From positions 1-64,000 of IMG/VR virus record IMGVR_UViG_3300046694_000136: a DNA stretch of 64,000 nt. One strand, 5' to 3'. Below are positions 1-8,044 of this stretch, piece by piece (within the stretch, counting starts at the first letter, position 1; every line of letters starts with the position of its first letter). A program made the position numbers and the translations under genes. The notes below the pieces were generated by a model. It searched no databases. It worked only from the letters and a program-made list of their open reading frames with translations, and was not told the origin of the DNA.

Positions 1-314
1 CACGTCAACATAATGAACGACTTGGCCCGACGGACCTTGGACCTTTCGGAAGTTGAAGAAGGTGGTGTTAGACAGTGTCAATGAAGACAGTTGGGCAACA
101 AACTCAGGGTTGGAGCTATACCGCCGTTTGTTGTATGCAATGAAGCGCTCCAGGAATAACTCGTCGTTTGGAAAGGCCATAAGAGAAGTATCCGTGGGTT
201 AGGACTGGGGTGGCGTTAGACCATAAAATCGTCAAAATAAAATTGTACTGTGTCTTCTATTTACTACCTGAGCAAACTACTAAAAAGGATTTAAGTTACA
301 GGTCATTTCAAACC

Positions 315-322
315 TATATTAC
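315..322 (+). promoter_or_regulatory. phiKZ-type early promoter motif TATATTAC
   Basis: Exact TATATTAC followed by CAGTCTGTATAACC, 38 nt before ATG 360; related to the copies at 5428 and 49957. Confidence 0.65.
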
Positions 323-359
323 CAGTCTGTATAACCAACACTTTATCAAAGGTGGTCTT

Positions 360-596
360 ATGACTAAGGTAGAAGAGCTCGCCAAAATGATTAGTTCTCG
401 AATCAACTCGCTTACGAAGTCGGCCGCACAGCTCTCCCGTATGGCGGGAGCTTCTACCTGTCCTCGTGAACGCCGTAATTTGAGAGATAAAAGTCGGGAA
501 GCCCGCAATAAAGCGGCCCTGATGCAAGCTCGTTTGGATAAGCTGAAGCCCTACGCTGACGATCAAGAATTAGATCTTCTTTCCAACGGGCAATGA
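360..596 (+). CDS. hypothetical early protein (78 aa, basic, helical)
   Basis: ORF 210..596 re-started at ATG 360 (GGTGG SD); the upstream part overlaps the promoter motif. Confidence 0.7.
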   Translation: MTKVEELAKMISSRINSLTKSAAQLSRMAGASTCPRERRNLRDKSREARNKAALMQARLDKLKPYADDQELDLLSNGQ

Positions 597-626
597 ACGT
601 AATGTACTTTGGGTAAGGAGCCCTTT

Positions 627-950
627 ATGAACGCGGTAGCAAGTTTTAATAAGAACCAACTGATGACAGTTCTGTTGGCTACAACGGTGCAGGTTAACCT
701 TGTAGACGAAAAACGAATTGTGATGGCGGCTGTCAGAAAGAAAGTTGGGAGTCGTCCTCGCTACCTCGTTGTTTTCGAAGAAGGACGTGACACCGAAAAG
801 ACCCGTTTCTTTTACACGAATAGCGGGGCTAAAAGTTATTACGAGTTCCTTACTGGCGCTCCTGGTGCGCGTCAGGGTAATCCTGACGTGTGGGGTCATA
901 AGTCCTTGGAGGAGCTCAAGCACATGATTGAAGGAGAAGGTCGTGGCTAA
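627..950 (+). CDS. hypothetical protein (107 aa)
   Basis: AAGGAG SD before ATG 627; phage-like codon use. Confidence 0.75.
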   Translation: MNAVASFNKNQLMTVLLATTVQVNLVDEKRIVMAAVRKKVGSRPRYLVVFEEGRDTEKTRFFYTNSGAKSYYEFLTGAPGARQGNPDVWGHKSLEELKHMIEGEGRG

Positions 951-1446
951 ACAACACATGCGCTTCACCACACTGGTACTTGACTATCTGGATGAAACCA
1001 GAATGAGTCCGGAAGAGTTCAGTGAGTTTCTGAAAGACTGGCGTCAAGGCGGTGTTTCGGTCAATGCCATTCTGGGCGGTCCCGAGACCATGGAGATGTT
1101 GTTGGCTATGATCTTCAGCGCTCGTCATACCCTTAAGAAAGAACTGTCTAATCCAGAGTTCGATCGGATGGGTTTCTTCGTGCAGTACCAGTTGAACCTT
1201 CCACTCGACGACTCTCCGTTGTTTGCAGAACTGTTCCGAGACCTCCCGACCGAACTCTACAGCGAGATTGCAGCGTCGTCGTTGAGTCTGGAGGCGATGT
1301 TTATTCCTCAACCTTCCCCTTGGACTCAACCAGCAATGATGGGTCCCGGTAAGGTTGAACTGGGTTACTTGCCTGAGCGTAGGGTTAAACCTAAGCCTAA
1401 GCCGTTACCTACCCCCACTCACAAAGCGCCATCAACTCTTCAATAA
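943..1446 (+). CDS. hypothetical protein with Pro-rich C-terminus
   Basis: AAGGAG SD before GTG 943, overlapping the previous stop. Confidence 0.7.
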   Translation: MAKQHMRFTTLVLDYLDETRMSPEEFSEFLKDWRQGGVSVNAILGGPETMEMLLAMIFSARHTLKKELSNPEFDRMGFFVQYQLNLPLDDSPLFAELFRDLPTELYSEIAASSLSLEAMFIPQPSPWTQPAMMGPGKVELGYLPERRVKPKPKPLPTPTHKAPSTLQ

Positions 1447-1457
1447 GGAATAAAGAC

Positions 1458-2225
1458 ATGAAAGGCAAGAAACCAGAAATTGTACAGAAACTCGTTAACT
1501 CAGCTATCCTCGACCCAATGCCGGGAACTTCCAAGACTCGGGAACTTGATACCATGGCGATGATTAAACGCAACAAGCTACGTGATCCAGAGGAACTCAC
1601 TGGGTGTTACGAGATCCGACCGATCATTACCAGCATTGATTTGAAGGGTGTGAAGAAGCCTCCATTCCCTGAAATCGAAAGCCGTTCCACTACCACGGAC
1701 CTGATCAAGACTACTCCGGAAAGCATTCGCAAGAGCTGGGGGATTGGTCAGGATTCGGTTCCTTCGGAATACATGGCTGGTCTCGAAAGGCTCTATGCGA
1801 TCCCTGGGACCATTGAGGACGAAATTCCTCCGGTATCCGAAGCATTTGCCCGGAAGGTTCACGAGTCCGGCGGCATGCTCACCATGATGGGAATCCTCTG
1901 CAACCCAGAGTTCCCTGTGACGGGTAAGCGTTACTGGCGCATTGCCAATGCTTTCTTCCGGACGCTGCACAGTGACCGGATGCGTACGGTAGCGGATGCC
2001 GAGTTCTTCATTCGTTCTCATCTCCAGCGTGACAAATCAAAACCGGACTGGGAAGGGATGTACACTTACTTCAGCAAGTGCATCAGCTTGGCTTTCAAAA
2101 TGCGTCACCGCCCGTACCGTCGCGCTGCTGTTCGTGCGAATCAGGAAGTGGTTATCAACAAGGATGCCTTGATCTTGTTGGAAAAACCTGATTTCCCAAT
2201 CGAGTCCCCTTTCAAGAAGGATTAG
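1458..2225 (+). CDS. hypothetical protein (255 aa)
   Basis: AAGGA SD; part of a tightly packed operon. Confidence 0.8.
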   Translation: MKGKKPEIVQKLVNSAILDPMPGTSKTRELDTMAMIKRNKLRDPEELTGCYEIRPIITSIDLKGVKKPPFPEIESRSTTTDLIKTTPESIRKSWGIGQDSVPSEYMAGLERLYAIPGTIEDEIPPVSEAFARKVHESGGMLTMMGILCNPEFPVTGKRYWRIANAFFRTLHSDRMRTVADAEFFIRSHLQRDKSKPDWEGMYTYFSKCISLAFKMRHRPYRRAAVRANQEVVINKDALILLEKPDFPIESPFKKD

Positions 2226-2229
2226 TCCC

Positions 2230-2607
2230 ATGAAGAAACATCCTCGTATGTTGAAGCTGGTAGCTAAGCTTTTGGTTGGTCAGAACATGATGTTTGTGGA
2301 TAAGTTCGCAGATGACTTCGCTAACTACCGCAATGGGACGTCCGATCTGCACCCTACACTCCAAGCCGCGTTCCAGCGTTTCGAGAGTAAGTTCCGCATT
2401 GCCTTTAAGCATCGGCACTTGATCGAGCAGAACCACAAGCTCCACACCGGTATCTTTGGTGACACGCTGCTCGCTCTGCTGGACCAGTTCGAGAGGACCG
2501 GGTCTTTGGCTCAGTACATGGAAGCTCCCCTTCCGTTCCCTGAGCCGGCTATTAAAAGTATAAACCCGGGTCAGTTCTTTGCAACACCCTCTAAAACCCT
2601 GCACTAG
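2230..2607 (+). CDS. hypothetical protein (125 aa)
   Basis: Packed ORF with phage-like codon use. Confidence 0.75.
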   Translation: MKKHPRMLKLVAKLLVGQNMMFVDKFADDFANYRNGTSDLHPTLQAAFQRFESKFRIAFKHRHLIEQNHKLHTGIFGDTLLALLDQFERTGSLAQYMEAPLPFPEPAIKSINPGQFFATPSKTLH

Positions 2608-2616
2608 GAATCAAAG

Positions 2617-2874
2617 ATGGAAAACAAGGTACAACAGGGTAAATGGTACGACGTACCAATGTCCAATCGAAACCCTTTCCAAGACGTCGAGCAGGTAACT
2701 AGCTACATGCAAGTTCCTGGTGGCGTGTTGGTAAGAAGCGTGACTTTTATCGGGGGTAACAAGTTCAGTAAGTTTGCTCCCGAGCAAAGCTCCGAGTCGA
2801 TGGCCTTTATTCCTCATGCCGTTCTTGGTATGGAGGGTGATCGCTGTATTTTCAATCGCGGACCTAACCGCTAG
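2617..2874 (+). CDS. small hypothetical phage protein (VPGGVLVR motif)
   Basis: AGGA SD; packed ORF. Confidence 0.75.
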   Translation: MENKVQQGKWYDVPMSNRNPFQDVEQVTSYMQVPGGVLVRSVTFIGGNKFSKFAPEQSSESMAFIPHAVLGMEGDRCIFNRGPNR

Positions 2875-2885
2875 GAGGGATTCTC

Positions 2886-3227
2886 ATGGGCGAAGTTGTC
2901 CGAATGGAAGATTGGCGTAAGCGCAAGCCTAAGCAAGATCCGCTTGGGCGTGGTAAGGCCTTTATCTACAACCCAAAGAAAGAGGACCCGGATGAGGACA
3001 AGACAGCGATCGTTGAACAGATTGCTATTTACCTTACCGAGTCGGTAGAAGCGGATCGTTCTATCCGTAGCCTTCCAACTGTTATCCAGCGTGAACAAGC
3101 TGCAATCAAGGCCTTGGAACTTCGCATGAAGGCAAGTAAATATGCGAAGGAACACGGATTCCGAATTGAACGGCTTGATCCGGAGGACGGTAACGGTTAT
3201 TTCAACATTATTCAAGTGACCAAGTAA
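2886..3227 (+). CDS. hypothetical protein (113 aa)
   Basis: GGAGG SD. Confidence 0.8.
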   Translation: MGEVVRMEDWRKRKPKQDPLGRGKAFIYNPKKEDPDEDKTAIVEQIAIYLTESVEADRSIRSLPTVIQREQAAIKALELRMKASKYAKEHGFRIERLDPEDGNGYFNIIQVTK

Positions 3228-3255
3228 GGTCGAACTGTAAATCAAGGAGAGTGTG

Positions 3256-3498
3256 ATGTCTGCAAGTGTACCTGACGTAAATGTAGCCCTCGAACGCGCC
3301 AGAATGACCGCTAAGATTAATCATCTGACTGCGGTAGGCACTGCACTGCTTTTGCAGAGTATCGCTGCCAGCGCACCTGTAGAGGCTAAGAGTCTGCAAG
3401 AGGAAGCCACTGCTTGCTTGAACCAGGCTGACCAAATTCGTGATTCCTTTGTTACACGTTTTCCTAAATCGCTTAACCTTTATCATCGAGGTGAGTAG
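3256..3498 (+). CDS. hypothetical protein (80 aa)
   Basis: AAGGAG SD 6 nt before ATG 3256. Confidence 0.7.
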   Translation: MSASVPDVNVALERARMTAKINHLTAVGTALLLQSIAASAPVEAKSLQEEATACLNQADQIRDSFVTRFPKSLNLYHRGE

Positions 3499-3801
3499 AT
3501 GGGTACTGTTACTAATCTGCAAGAGTACCGTAATAAAAGGTCGCTGGATACTCAGCCTCGCCCGATGACTCATGAGGAGTGGATTGACTATCTAAACTCT
3601 CCTGATTACGAGGGGGTGGGCAAGGCAATCGGGCGGTGTCTCGAAATCAGAGACGAGTTGACGGGTCTGGGTATCGCAGCTTTGATCGGTGACAATAAGC
3701 ATTACCGCTTCTCGCACGCATTTCACCGTTGTACTCTTCGGGTGGAGCTTGCGGGACTGGTTGAAAAATATGACTTGGCCTTATTTAAGGCTTGGATTTA
3801 A
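3499..3801 (+). CDS. hypothetical protein (100 aa)
   Basis: GAGGTG SD; abuts the previous stop. Confidence 0.75.
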   Translation: MGTVTNLQEYRNKRSLDTQPRPMTHEEWIDYLNSPDYEGVGKAIGRCLEIRDELTGLGIAALIGDNKHYRFSHAFHRCTLRVELAGLVEKYDLALFKAWI

Positions 3802-3812
3802 AGGGGAGTTTC

Positions 3813-4010
3813 ATGGGTAATAGCAAATCGCTGCAAGACCGTATTCAAGAAATCCAGAAACACTGCATCGAGTATCACGTCGATCTGGATATGACATTTG
3901 ATCCGGTCAATGAAATGTGGACTGGTTACGACCAGGACCAAGAGCTGACCGAACCTTGCGATAGTTTCGAGGGTTTGGTAGAGGCGCTCGAGGCCACGTT
4001 CGAACTGTAA
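3813..4010 (+). CDS. small acidic hypothetical protein (65 aa)
   Basis: GGGGAG SD before ATG 3813. Confidence 0.7.
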   Translation: MGNSKSLQDRIQEIQKHCIEYHVDLDMTFDPVNEMWTGYDQDQELTEPCDSFEGLVEALEATFEL

Positions 4011-4055
4011 TTTCTCTTTTCGTTGTAAAACTTTGACCTATTAGGGGTATTAGTA

Positions 4056-4394
4056 ATGAGCAATGTAGCTGGTGGTACTGTAAAACGTCATGTAACTGCA
4101 ACAATGCAACGCGGTAAGTCCAAGGACGTAATCCTCGTTCGCCGCTTTAGCTATTTCGACACAGCAATGCCCCGTATGTTGCAGCTGGCTCTCAGCTACT
4201 GCAACGAGGGTGACTTCGTTGAGTTCGTTAGCGAAGAGTACGGCTTTCATCTTGGAACGTTGCACGTCCGTCGTGGCGGTCGTTTCGAGGTGGATATGAA
4301 CCCTCTGATCAAATCCGCTCCATCCCTGCTCAAACTGATGTCTGAGGATCAGAACTGGACTAGTCCATTGATTTCCTCGGCCATGAAACGCTAA
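4056..4394 (+). CDS. hypothetical phage protein (112 aa)
   Basis: ORF with phage-like codon use; AGGGG upstream. Confidence 0.75.
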   Translation: MSNVAGGTVKRHVTATMQRGKSKDVILVRRFSYFDTAMPRMLQLALSYCNEGDFVEFVSEEYGFHLGTLHVRRGGRFEVDMNPLIKSAPSLLKLMSEDQNWTSPLISSAMKR

Positions 4395-4419
4395 CTCTTT
4401 GATTTATAAGGATATTTCC

Positions 4420-5040
4420 ATGCAACTTCATTCCCTAGCCCGTGCAGTAGGTCAGATCACTTTCCCTGAATTCTCCGGCGTCCATGTCTACATGGCACGC
4501 AATCTGGCAGGTCACCCGCTACAAGGCGTTCCTGAGTCTTATGAAACCCTGATTAACCAGATGCTCGCTGACGCCGGGATTCCTGAACACACTGGCTTCT
4601 ACGTGACCATCGATGAGCAACACCTGAAGAAAGATACCAAGCTCCGTCGTGGTGGCGTGCATATCGACGGCAACTACCTCTTCCCTCAGAGCGCTAGTAG
4701 CTGGGGTAGTAGTGGCGGTTGGCTGAATGGGGTTCCTGGTCGCATGTTGACCGCTGAACAGCAGGACCTCCAATACCACTCGGAAATGGGCGGTGTAATC
4801 ATGGCAAGCACCTTCGTTGCCTGTGAAGCCTTCATCGGGACTGTCAACGGCGTGGCTGGTCAAGGTGGTGACTGTGAACACTTGCGTGACCAGCTTAATG
4901 AGCTGGATCGTTTCTGGCTTCAGGAGAACGTTGTGTACCTCGGCAACTCCACATTTATCCACGAGGGACATATCGTCAGCAAAGACACTCCACGTCAGCT
5001 GGTTCGTCTTACCCTCGACACCACTTACAAATACCAGTAA
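4420..5040 (+). CDS. putative 2OG-Fe(II) dioxygenase-like protein
   Basis: RRGGVHIDG (HxD), distal FIHE (His) and PRQLVRL (2OG-binding Arg); AAGGA SD before ATG 4420. Confidence 0.6.
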   Translation: MQLHSLARAVGQITFPEFSGVHVYMARNLAGHPLQGVPESYETLINQMLADAGIPEHTGFYVTIDEQHLKKDTKLRRGGVHIDGNYLFPQSASSWGSSGGWLNGVPGRMLTAEQQDLQYHSEMGGVIMASTFVACEAFIGTVNGVAGQGGDCEHLRDQLNELDRFWLQENVVYLGNSTFIHEGHIVSKDTPRQLVRLTLDTTYKYQ

Positions 5041-5051
5041 GGAAACCGGTC

Positions 5052-5396
5052 ATGGCCAAGAGTAAACAACAAAAGCAAGAAGAAGCACTGGCTCGTAAGC
5101 GTCAGAACTACAACCTCCAACTGGAGCGTTGGAAAGACTGTCATCCAGGTGGGGAGAGCTACGAGAAATCTGTGTTGAAAGACGGTCTCGATAAAGCCCA
5201 TAAGCGTATGGACTGGGCTCACGTAAACTGGGTTCGTTACTTGATAGAAGCCAAACTAGATCCTCTTGGTAATCCGGTTACGATGTCCGAACTCGAACAC
5301 CTGAACTCATTCCTGAAAAGTTCTGCTGCTATCAATGCGGACAGCATTGGGCGAGCTGTCGCTAGCGGCCCGGTTATTTCCAGCTACTGGGGGTAA
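5052..5396 (+). CDS. hypothetical protein (114 aa)
   Basis: AAGGA SD. Confidence 0.75.
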   Translation: MAKSKQQKQEEALARKRQNYNLQLERWKDCHPGGESYEKSVLKDGLDKAHKRMDWAHVNWVRYLIEAKLDPLGNPVTMSELEHLNSFLKSSAAINADSIGRAVASGPVISSYWG

Positions 5397-5427
5397 GAGG
5401 TATTTAAGGTAAGGACCTTCTTGGGTC

Positions 5428-5435
5428 TATATTAC
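5428..5435 (+). promoter_or_regulatory. phiKZ-type early promoter motif TATATTAC
   Basis: Intergenic; followed by CAGTGTGAATAAA, identical to the 13-mer at 49965. Confidence 0.7.
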
Positions 5436-5475
5436 CAGTGTGAATAAACAACATTGATTTTTCTGGAGTTTAGTT

Positions 5476-6129
5476 ATGCAACAGTACTTTGAACTCAGCA
5501 ACGCCCTCATCAAAAGCGGTGGGGTAATCTGGGACGACCATAACGGTGGTTCCGAAGGTAAGTTGTTCGGTTTGGCTGCATTGTTCACCGGCAAAGAAGT
5601 TATTCCGGTGGGTCTGCACAAAGCTGATTACTTCAGCCTGAACCGTGTTTACCTGAAAGACGGTAAGGTTCACCTGAGCGACGAGTCGGTCGCTGGTACG
5701 CTGTTCCCGGTTAACTTCGACGGGGATGTGTGGGACTGCATCAACGACTACAACGAGAAGCAAGCTGGTAACAAGTTCTCGTGCGGTACGCTGGAAAACC
5801 CGATGGGTCTGGAACCAATCCCGGTTACCGTTATCACGATGACCATTGACGACTTCTGCGCCAAGATGGGATTGCCCGCTCCTGTTCATCCGGTACCCGA
5901 CCTCGTTATCGAGTACCCTACCCCGGAGATGAAGGCTCGTGCGGAGGAACTACGTGCCGGCATGAACCTCGGTAACTCCGCCTTAGTCATTCCCGTTGCG
6001 GGCGGCTTCAAAGGCGGTACCGACGGCGGTCAGAATCACCAGTTTGAAGGCGGGCGAGTCAAATCGCTCAACGTCGACTTCCACCCAACCGATGGCATTG
6101 GGGATTTTCCCGACAAGCCTAACTCTTAA
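5476..6129 (+). CDS. hypothetical early protein (217 aa)
   Basis: GGAG SD; strong codon bias; directly after the promoter motif. Confidence 0.85.
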   Translation: MQQYFELSNALIKSGGVIWDDHNGGSEGKLFGLAALFTGKEVIPVGLHKADYFSLNRVYLKDGKVHLSDESVAGTLFPVNFDGDVWDCINDYNEKQAGNKFSCGTLENPMGLEPIPVTVITMTIDDFCAKMGLPAPVHPVPDLVIEYPTPEMKARAEELRAGMNLGNSALVIPVAGGFKGGTDGGQNHQFEGGRVKSLNVDFHPTDGIGDFPDKPNS

Positions 6130-6157
6130 TCACTTAACCTTATAGAGGTGTAATGTC

Positions 6158-6406
6158 ATGGCTAAGCGTACCTTCGCTCAGTGCTCGTTTGAATACAAAG
6201 ATCTGTGGGACAAGGAAACTCTGTTGCTGGAAGAGATCCTTGGTTTATCTTTGGATGTAGACTTCGCAGCTGCCGTTGGTACCGACCAGGAATTCGTGCA
6301 AGCGAAAGCCAAGTTGGCCGAGGCAGAGGCGCAGTTGGATGTGGTACTGAAAGCGCAGGAGGGTCTGAGCATAGACTTCGATGCCTACTTTCCAGTTGCC
6401 GCCTAA
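6158..6406 (+). CDS. hypothetical protein (82 aa, helical)
   Basis: GAGGT SD. Confidence 0.75.
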   Translation: MAKRTFAQCSFEYKDLWDKETLLLEEILGLSLDVDFAAAVGTDQEFVQAKAKLAEAEAQLDVVLKAQEGLSIDFDAYFPVAA

Positions 6407-6419
6407 CCTTTAGGGTTAC

Positions 6420-6468
6420 TTACCTGCACCCTTAACTGGGTGCAGGTAATACTCTTTACTTTTTTTTT
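6420..6468 (+). terminator. Rho-independent terminator
   Basis: 12-bp stem TTACCTGCACCC/GGGTGCAGGTAA followed by a long T tract. Confidence 0.85.
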
Positions 6469-6518
6469 CATTTTTGTTTCCATCTTAATAGTCAGACAAA
6501 AAACTATTAGGAAAGGGA

Positions 6519-6992
6519 ATGAAAGGGAAATATAGACCGAAGCCCATCAAGCGCTATGACCATACTGGTAAGTTGGTTAACTATGGGACTCTGGAAGTCG
6601 GTATTGTTGCGGGTATCCGCTGCCTAGCGAATAAAGAAACGTTGCTCTTGATTGGGGCTGGCTTGGCTAAGCAAAAAGTTCCTGACTACTTTTATACTCA
6701 GCATCATGTTCTGGTGCCGTTGTCAAGCCAACGTACGTTGAAGATCTATGCGATAAAAGCAACTGATATATCCTCGTTAGCAGGTCGCATCTCTGCACGA
6801 GTACAGCTTAAGAAAGCTGAGTTGATCAACGCTCATACCGGTACGCCGGAAACGACGTGGATTAATGGCGAGAAAGAACGAGTAACCCAGCCTCCAGAGA
6901 TTCAAATGGAGCAGGTACAAATTAAGTACAAGACCCCACGCGTCGGGAAGATCCGTAAGCTGTGGTTGCTGGTCAAACGTTTGTTCTCGTAA
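6519..6992 (+). CDS. hypothetical basic protein (157 aa)
   Basis: AGGAAAGGG SD. Confidence 0.7.
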   Translation: MKGKYRPKPIKRYDHTGKLVNYGTLEVGIVAGIRCLANKETLLLIGAGLAKQKVPDYFYTQHHVLVPLSSQRTLKIYAIKATDISSLAGRISARVQLKKAELINAHTGTPETTWINGEKERVTQPPEIQMEQVQIKYKTPRVGKIRKLWLLVKRLFS

Positions 6993-7007
6993 AAAGAAAC
7001 GCATGAA

Positions 7008-7040
7008 TAACCCTACCAGCCTTATGGGCTGGTAGGGTTA
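7008..7040. terminator. bidirectional hairpin terminator at a convergent junction
   Basis: 14-bp perfect stem TAACCCTACCAGCC-TTATG-GGCTGGTAGGGTTA. Confidence 0.85.
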
Positions 7041-7048
7041 ACTATCAC

Positions 7049-8035
7049 TTAGATGATCACGACACAAGCGTTACCGATCATTCGAGCAATGTCCATCATC
7101 CACTTGATGACGTCTTTGCACTGGTTAACGATGGTAGTGATCCCCACCAACGACTCTTTGAGAGCAGTAGTTGACTTACCGAGCTCTTCCTTACCTTTAC
7201 CGCTTTCGATTTCAGAGATCATCTCTTTGTAACGAGTCTCTTGGTTCTCGATAGTGGTCAGGTTGTTGATCATGGCTTCCTTGCAGCGATACGCTTTCTT
7301 GATGTAAGCGTCAGCGCTCTGGAGGTCGGTGATCTTCCCTGCTACTTCCGGAAGACCGATCAGGCCATTGAGTACGATCTGGATCTCGTCGGAGAGTTCG
7401 TACTTGTTGCCGCTGGCCTTCTCTTTGTCACGGAGCTCTTCAAGCGTCTTGATGCTCGCTTTGAACTTACCGTCAAAAGCAGTCAGGATCAGGTCGTTGA
7501 GACGCCACGCTTGAAACACTTCGCCTGGCATGGTGTCAGCCACCTGAGCTTTGTGCTTAGGATCATCGCTGTCCTGAGCCGCGTTGACCTTCTCCTTGAG
7601 CTTGGTCTTCTCAGGACCGTCCTTCAATTTGTTGATGGCGGCATCGGCCTTCTTGAGGGCTGCGTCAGCGTTCTCTGGAGTAACGTTAGCCTTCTCCATG
7701 GCCTCCAGATCCTTCTCCACCTTCTTGAGGGCCTCGTCTACTTTCTTCTCCAGCTCTTTCTTTTCGCTCTTGAAGAAGAAGTCCCAGATAGCGCGGAACA
7801 TTTTCTTGATGTACTCGAGAGCAGCCTTAGCCCCGTCACCGACTTTGGAGAGGATCCCTTCAGTACCGCCTACCTCGTGATGACGAATGATGCCGTTGGA
7901 GAACAGAACGCCTTCCAGGTAGTGCTGGGCTTTGGTGAACCCCTCATTACCCGATACAGTGTCGATAAAGCCATTCATGACCTCTTCAACGTGAGCTGGT
8001 TCTGGTACGGATTCCAATTCTTCTACGTATTCCAT
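7049..8035 (-). CDS. internal head / virion protein of a phiKZ-like paralog family, likely protease-processed
   Basis: Acidic N-terminal propeptide with SGNE and GGTE sites, then the amphipathic GILSKVGDGAKAALEYIKKMFRAIWDFF segment and a coiled coil. Confidence 0.55.
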   Translation of the reverse strand: MEYVEELESVPEPAHVEEVMNGFIDTVSGNEGFTKAQHYLEGVLFSNGIIRHHEVGGTEGILSKVGDGAKAALEYIKKMFRAIWDFFFKSEKKELEKKVDEALKKVEKDLEAMEKANVTPENADAALKKADAAINKLKDGPEKTKLKEKVNAAQDSDDPKHKAQVADTMPGEVFQAWRLNDLILTAFDGKFKASIKTLEELRDKEKASGNKYELSDEIQIVLNGLIGLPEVAGKITDLQSADAYIKKAYRCKEAMINNLTTIENQETRYKEMISEIESGKGKEELGKSTTALKESLVGITTIVNQCKDVIKWMMDIARMIGNACVVII

Positions 8036-8044
8036 GATGCTTCC

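Noticed and set aside
1-209. Possible gene fragment at the window start
   Set aside because: No + strand frame is open from the edge with a credible start and product; left unannotated.
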